From the human T2T-CHM13v2.0 reference genome, Homo sapiens: a DNA stretch of 64,000 bases. The position numbers and the translations under genes were made by a program. Below, in pieces: positions 58,584-64,000 of the stretch. The notes beneath the pieces were generated by a model that ran no database searches, had not been told where the DNA came from, and saw only the letters and a list, made by a program, of their open reading frames with translations. How positions within the stretch are numbered: position 1 is the stretch's first letter; each line of letters begins with the position of its first letter. The stretch is from the NCBI RefSeq assembly GCF_009914755.1, contig NC_060929.1. One strand, given 5' to 3'.

Positions 58584-60576
58584 GTGAGCGCCGCCACCCG
58601 CTGCTCGGAACCCCCAGGGGCCTGGGCTGGGGGAAGAGCGGAACGGGGGGCGGAGGGCCGCTTGCCTAGGAGGCAGCAGCGCTGGGGCTCTGGGCCGGGC
58701 CGGCGCGGGGCGGGGGCCGGGACCACGGCCGAGTGCTAGGGCGCGCGGGCCTTGGGCCACCGCCTGCAGGTCACGGGGGCTCCGCTCCCCTCCCCCACCC
58801 CCGGCCCGGGACGGTTACATAAAAGCGCGGGGCGGCGGTAGATGGGACTCGCGGGCGGGCAGTAGGCTAGGCCGGGGATGGGCAGCGCCGGGCGTCCGTC
58901 CTGCCGGGCCGCCCGGCCCTTCCCCGCTGCCTCCGAGCCCGGGGCCGCTGCTGCCGGCAGTCGGCCTGTCAGAGAAGAGAGCGGGTGGGAGGGGCCCGGG
59001 AGGGGAGGGGAGGCGAGACTGGCGGGGGAGGAGGGGAGAGAGGGGCGTGTGAGGAAGGGCCGGGGCCGCGGAGGTTGGAGCCAGGCTGGCAGGAGACGAA
59101 GAGGCGCGGGCTGGGGCTAGGGGGGTCCGAGCAGGGCGTCTCGGGGGTAGCCGCTCCCCCTTCTGTCCCCGCCTCAGAGGCGACGGGCGAGGGGCCTCCC
59201 TCCCGGGATTTGTTTATATGTCTTCTCAAAGCAGCTTGAAGCGGCTGAGGGGCGGAGCCCTCAGAGCTGAGTGGCAGGCTCTGGCGTCCAATGGAGCGGG
59301 CGGATGGAGACTTCTGCACCAATGGGCGTGGGGGAGGCGGTGCCGCGGGGGGGCCACTAATTGGTTAGGCTGTGCCGGAGGTGGGCCGGGCGGGGCAGCC
59401 ATGTTAGATGGGAGGGGACCAGTGGTGGTGGGTCACTGAGAGGGGAGGAGACAGGGCAAAGGGCGAGGGAGCCGGGCCGGGGGTGTTTCGGGTGTCCGAA
59501 GGCGAGTCCGATCGGACCAGGAAGTAGCTCAGGGGAGCCTGACCTCGACCCGCCTTTCTCCTCACACGAGCTGAGGAGGCAGGGAAGTACCGAGGGCAGT
59601 CAAGCCTCCCCTGGGGGTGGTTCCTGGGACTAGATGGAGCTCAGTCTCTGGATTCTCCCTCTTTCTCGGCCCTATGCTTCCTGACAGACCTGGCCGCCAA
59701 ACCCTGTAATCGCCCTCCTTTAACCCAAGAAAGCAAGTCTTTCTGCCGTTTCTGAGCTGGCTTGAGCCTTAAGACTACCTTAAGGAGGTACTTGGATAAA
59801 TAGCGGTCTGAATTTCTGTACCAGGCCTCAGATAAGAGACAGGCAGTGAAGGGGAAGTTTTGTAAAAGAAAACGGGACTAGAAAAGCCGAGCAAGTTGAG
59901 GGCTGGGCGGGGTTTCTTTTTTTTTTTTTTTCTCATCAGGATGCCTTTTAAAGATTAGGCCCCGTGCTTGTCCTAGTCTTAGTAGTAATTTGCCCCTCTT
60001 GCTAACATAAGTTGGTAGTCCACATTAATCAGCTTCTTGAGAAAACTGAGCCCACAGGAAGTTATTTAGTTTCGAAGGTTCTTTGGGACTTTTCTTGCGA
60101 ATACCCTGCAGGTGAAAAATAGGATCAAGGCCTGGAATTTCTTTTTTTTTTTTTAAAGCAGAAAACAAGACTTGGGTGTAAATCTTGTGATCTGTCGTAA
60201 ACTAGTTGTCACTTGATTGTACTTTTAAATATCTTTAATCTTTTAATCCAAAATAGGATATACACCAGAGGCAGGGAAAAATGGTATGAATAATTCGAAA
60301 ATAACTTATTTTAATCTAATTGTATTATGGTTATTTTGGCATCCTTTTGGCCTTGTTAAATGCTTAATTTAGGTTTGTGTTTACATCGGATTACAACCTG
60401 TGGCTACGTTGGTATTGTCAAGGGTACCAAGCTCTTGATGGCATCTTTGGTTAAGTACTTAGGCGTAAGAACATGCCTTAGATAGATCATGCAGGGGCTA
60501 ATCAGAGTTAGCTGTATTAAGAATTTGCATTATCTTCTATTTTATTAGTTGGAGAAAAAGAATAATTGGTAACTGA

Positions 60577-60825
<249 letters not shown>

Positions 60826-60828
60826 TGA

Positions 60829-61182
<354 letters not shown>

Positions 61183-61323
61183 TGAGCTACTGCGCCCGGC
61201 CTGATTCATCAATTTTTGTAGTACTTTGGCATGACTGACTCAGTTCTGTTAATAATGATACATAAAAACGTAATCCCTGATTATTTGATAAACTTGAATT
61301 CTTACGTATAACTTTTGCAGTAA

Positions 61324-61599
<276 letters not shown>

Positions 61600-62059
61600 T
61601 AAGGTGATCTGCCTGCCTTGGCCTCCCAAAGTGCTGGGATTACAGGCGTGAGCCACCGCGCCTGGCCTATCAATTCTTATTTTATCAGGTGGCATTGTGT
61701 TGCTTTTGGAACCCTAGCCCTTACAATGCCCTAATTAGTTTAACAGAGAAGTATAGTGAAAATAAAAATAAACACTTTTCATTGATACTTAGAATATTCC
61801 AGGCAGTTTTCACTGTTGCATCGGTTGATAAAGTCAATCAGCATTGCTTATATAATGCTCTCTTATTCTAAGAATGGCAAATAGATGCAATAGAACTTAT
61901 TTGGGTATAATTCCTTCATATGACTGGTATATCAGCTTTGGGTTTTTTATATTCATAAGCATAGAAGAGGCTAAATAGCTCCCGAAGAGAGTCTGGATGC
62001 TCCATTTACCATCATTCTCTGTCATGGCAGGTGAAAGCAAGCTTTTATATAGACAATGT

Positions 62060-62099
62060 TCTACTTAGTTTACAGGGTGTCTACTTAGTTTACAGGGTG
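62060..62099. repeat. Perfect 20-bp tandem duplication
   Basis: TCTACTTAGTTTACAGGGTG occurs twice, at 62060-62079 and 62080-62099. Confidence 0.95.
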
Positions 62100-62272
62100 G
62101 ATGTGTGTGGGTTCTGGGATACTAGTGTAAGAAGTAAAGGAATAACTAGCATGGTTCCTGGTGGTGGTTAAATACAAGTGACAGTGAAGTACAGTAAGTT
62201 TGTGTGTTGATTCTGTTAATATAACTCAGTTTTTAAAAGATAAAGAGAACTGAAATCACTGTTTGCTTTTAA

Positions 62273-62653
<381 letters not shown>

Positions 62654-62812
62654 TGAATTAGCAGTCGCTTGTTTCCAAGTAGGGTTGAACTTGGATTTTT
62701 TTGAGGAACAATTCACTGACACTTTCACCATATTCAGTAGCTCATTTCGGGATAGGTAAACTCTTAGACGAGACATAAATTTGTCAGATAATTGGTTCTG
62801 ATTATTTTAAGA

Positions 62813-63350
<538 letters not shown>

Positions 63351-64000
63351 TGAACCACCACATCTGGCCCAGTCACTGAGTTTTAAGTACTTAGATGTTA
63401 AGGTATTTCAGAATATACAAATAGACACTTTAGGTACATTTGAGCATTTGCAGATTGTACAGTCTCCTGCCTTGAAGAGAATTTTTAGTACAAGAGCATA
63501 TGGCAACATTGTATTTTGTATTTTTCCTTCGTTTACATATAAATGTTTTCTTGAAAAGCTGTTTAAAGCAAATATTGGTATAAATCCTGTTGATTTTAGA
63601 GATGCAGTCTGATTGAAAAAACTTTGGCCCTAAGATATATTCAGGATATGGTCCTCTTGAAGTTTCAAAGCACATTTAGCATATAATCCTTAACAAAGCT
63701 GTATAGCTGTTTCAAGAGATGATAGTCACGTGAATAGTCAACACATGTAGTTCTTATATTCAAATATGCAGTTAATTTAGAAGTTAAGACATTGAGTGCT
63801 CATTGCCTGAGATGCTTGAAGAATTAAAGAGAGTAGGATGCTTTTTCCAGGCCCAAAAAGATACAGGTTACCTCCTCTCTTTTTCCAGGGAAAATGTCAA
63901 GTCGTGCTAAGTGCCTAGTGAAGCAGAGATGCCGTAATCTAAAAATATAACTGGGAAATACTAAATTTTTTTGATAACTTTTGCTTTATTTTTAATGTAA

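Larger units (their letters stand above)
58215..59570. promoter_or_regulatory. CREBRF: CpG island promoter of CREBRF
   Basis: Abrupt GC- and CpG-rich non-repeat block. Contains GC boxes, inverted CCAAT (ATTGG 58363-58367, 58390-58394) and E-boxes CACGTG (58327-58332, 58442-58447). No TATA box. Confidence 0.93.

Noticed and set aside
58132-59633. Many overlapping G/P/R/A-rich ORFs on both strands
   Set aside because: They reflect stop-codon scarcity in a CpG island. Most have non-ATG starts and some cross the exon 1 donor.

Overview
Alu-saturated primate (almost certainly human) genomic DNA, not a microbial accessory region. It holds the 3' half of ATP6V0E1 (V-ATPase V0 subunit e1, + strand): coding exon 22346-22475 with the stop codon, the intronic H/ACA snoRNA SNORA74B (~22835-23037), and the non-coding terminal exon from 36504 with proximal and distal poly(A) signals. 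About 21 kb of repeat-rich intergenic DNA follows, including a Y RNA (RNY1-like) retropseudogene. The window ends with a CpG-island promoter, 5'UTR exon 1 and the start of intron 1 of a + strand gene I recognise as CREBRF (from recalled exon sequence and ATP6V0E1-CREBRF adjacency). By eye there are about 80 Alu copies or monomers, plus L1/L2/MIR, several solo LTRs (two LTR-in-LTR nests) and DNA-transposon fossils. Most ORFs in the supplied track are Alu or GC-rich artefacts, and it misses the one real coding exon. I see no new multi-gene system. The best leads are regulatory: a strong-Kozak uORF in CREBRF exon 1, CLEAR/E-box and forkhead motifs around CREBRF, a second CCAAT cluster in intron 1, and the NMD-sensitive, intronic-poly(A)-prone 3'UTR intron that hosts SNORA74B. 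Repeat boundaries and subfamily names are by eye and approximate.
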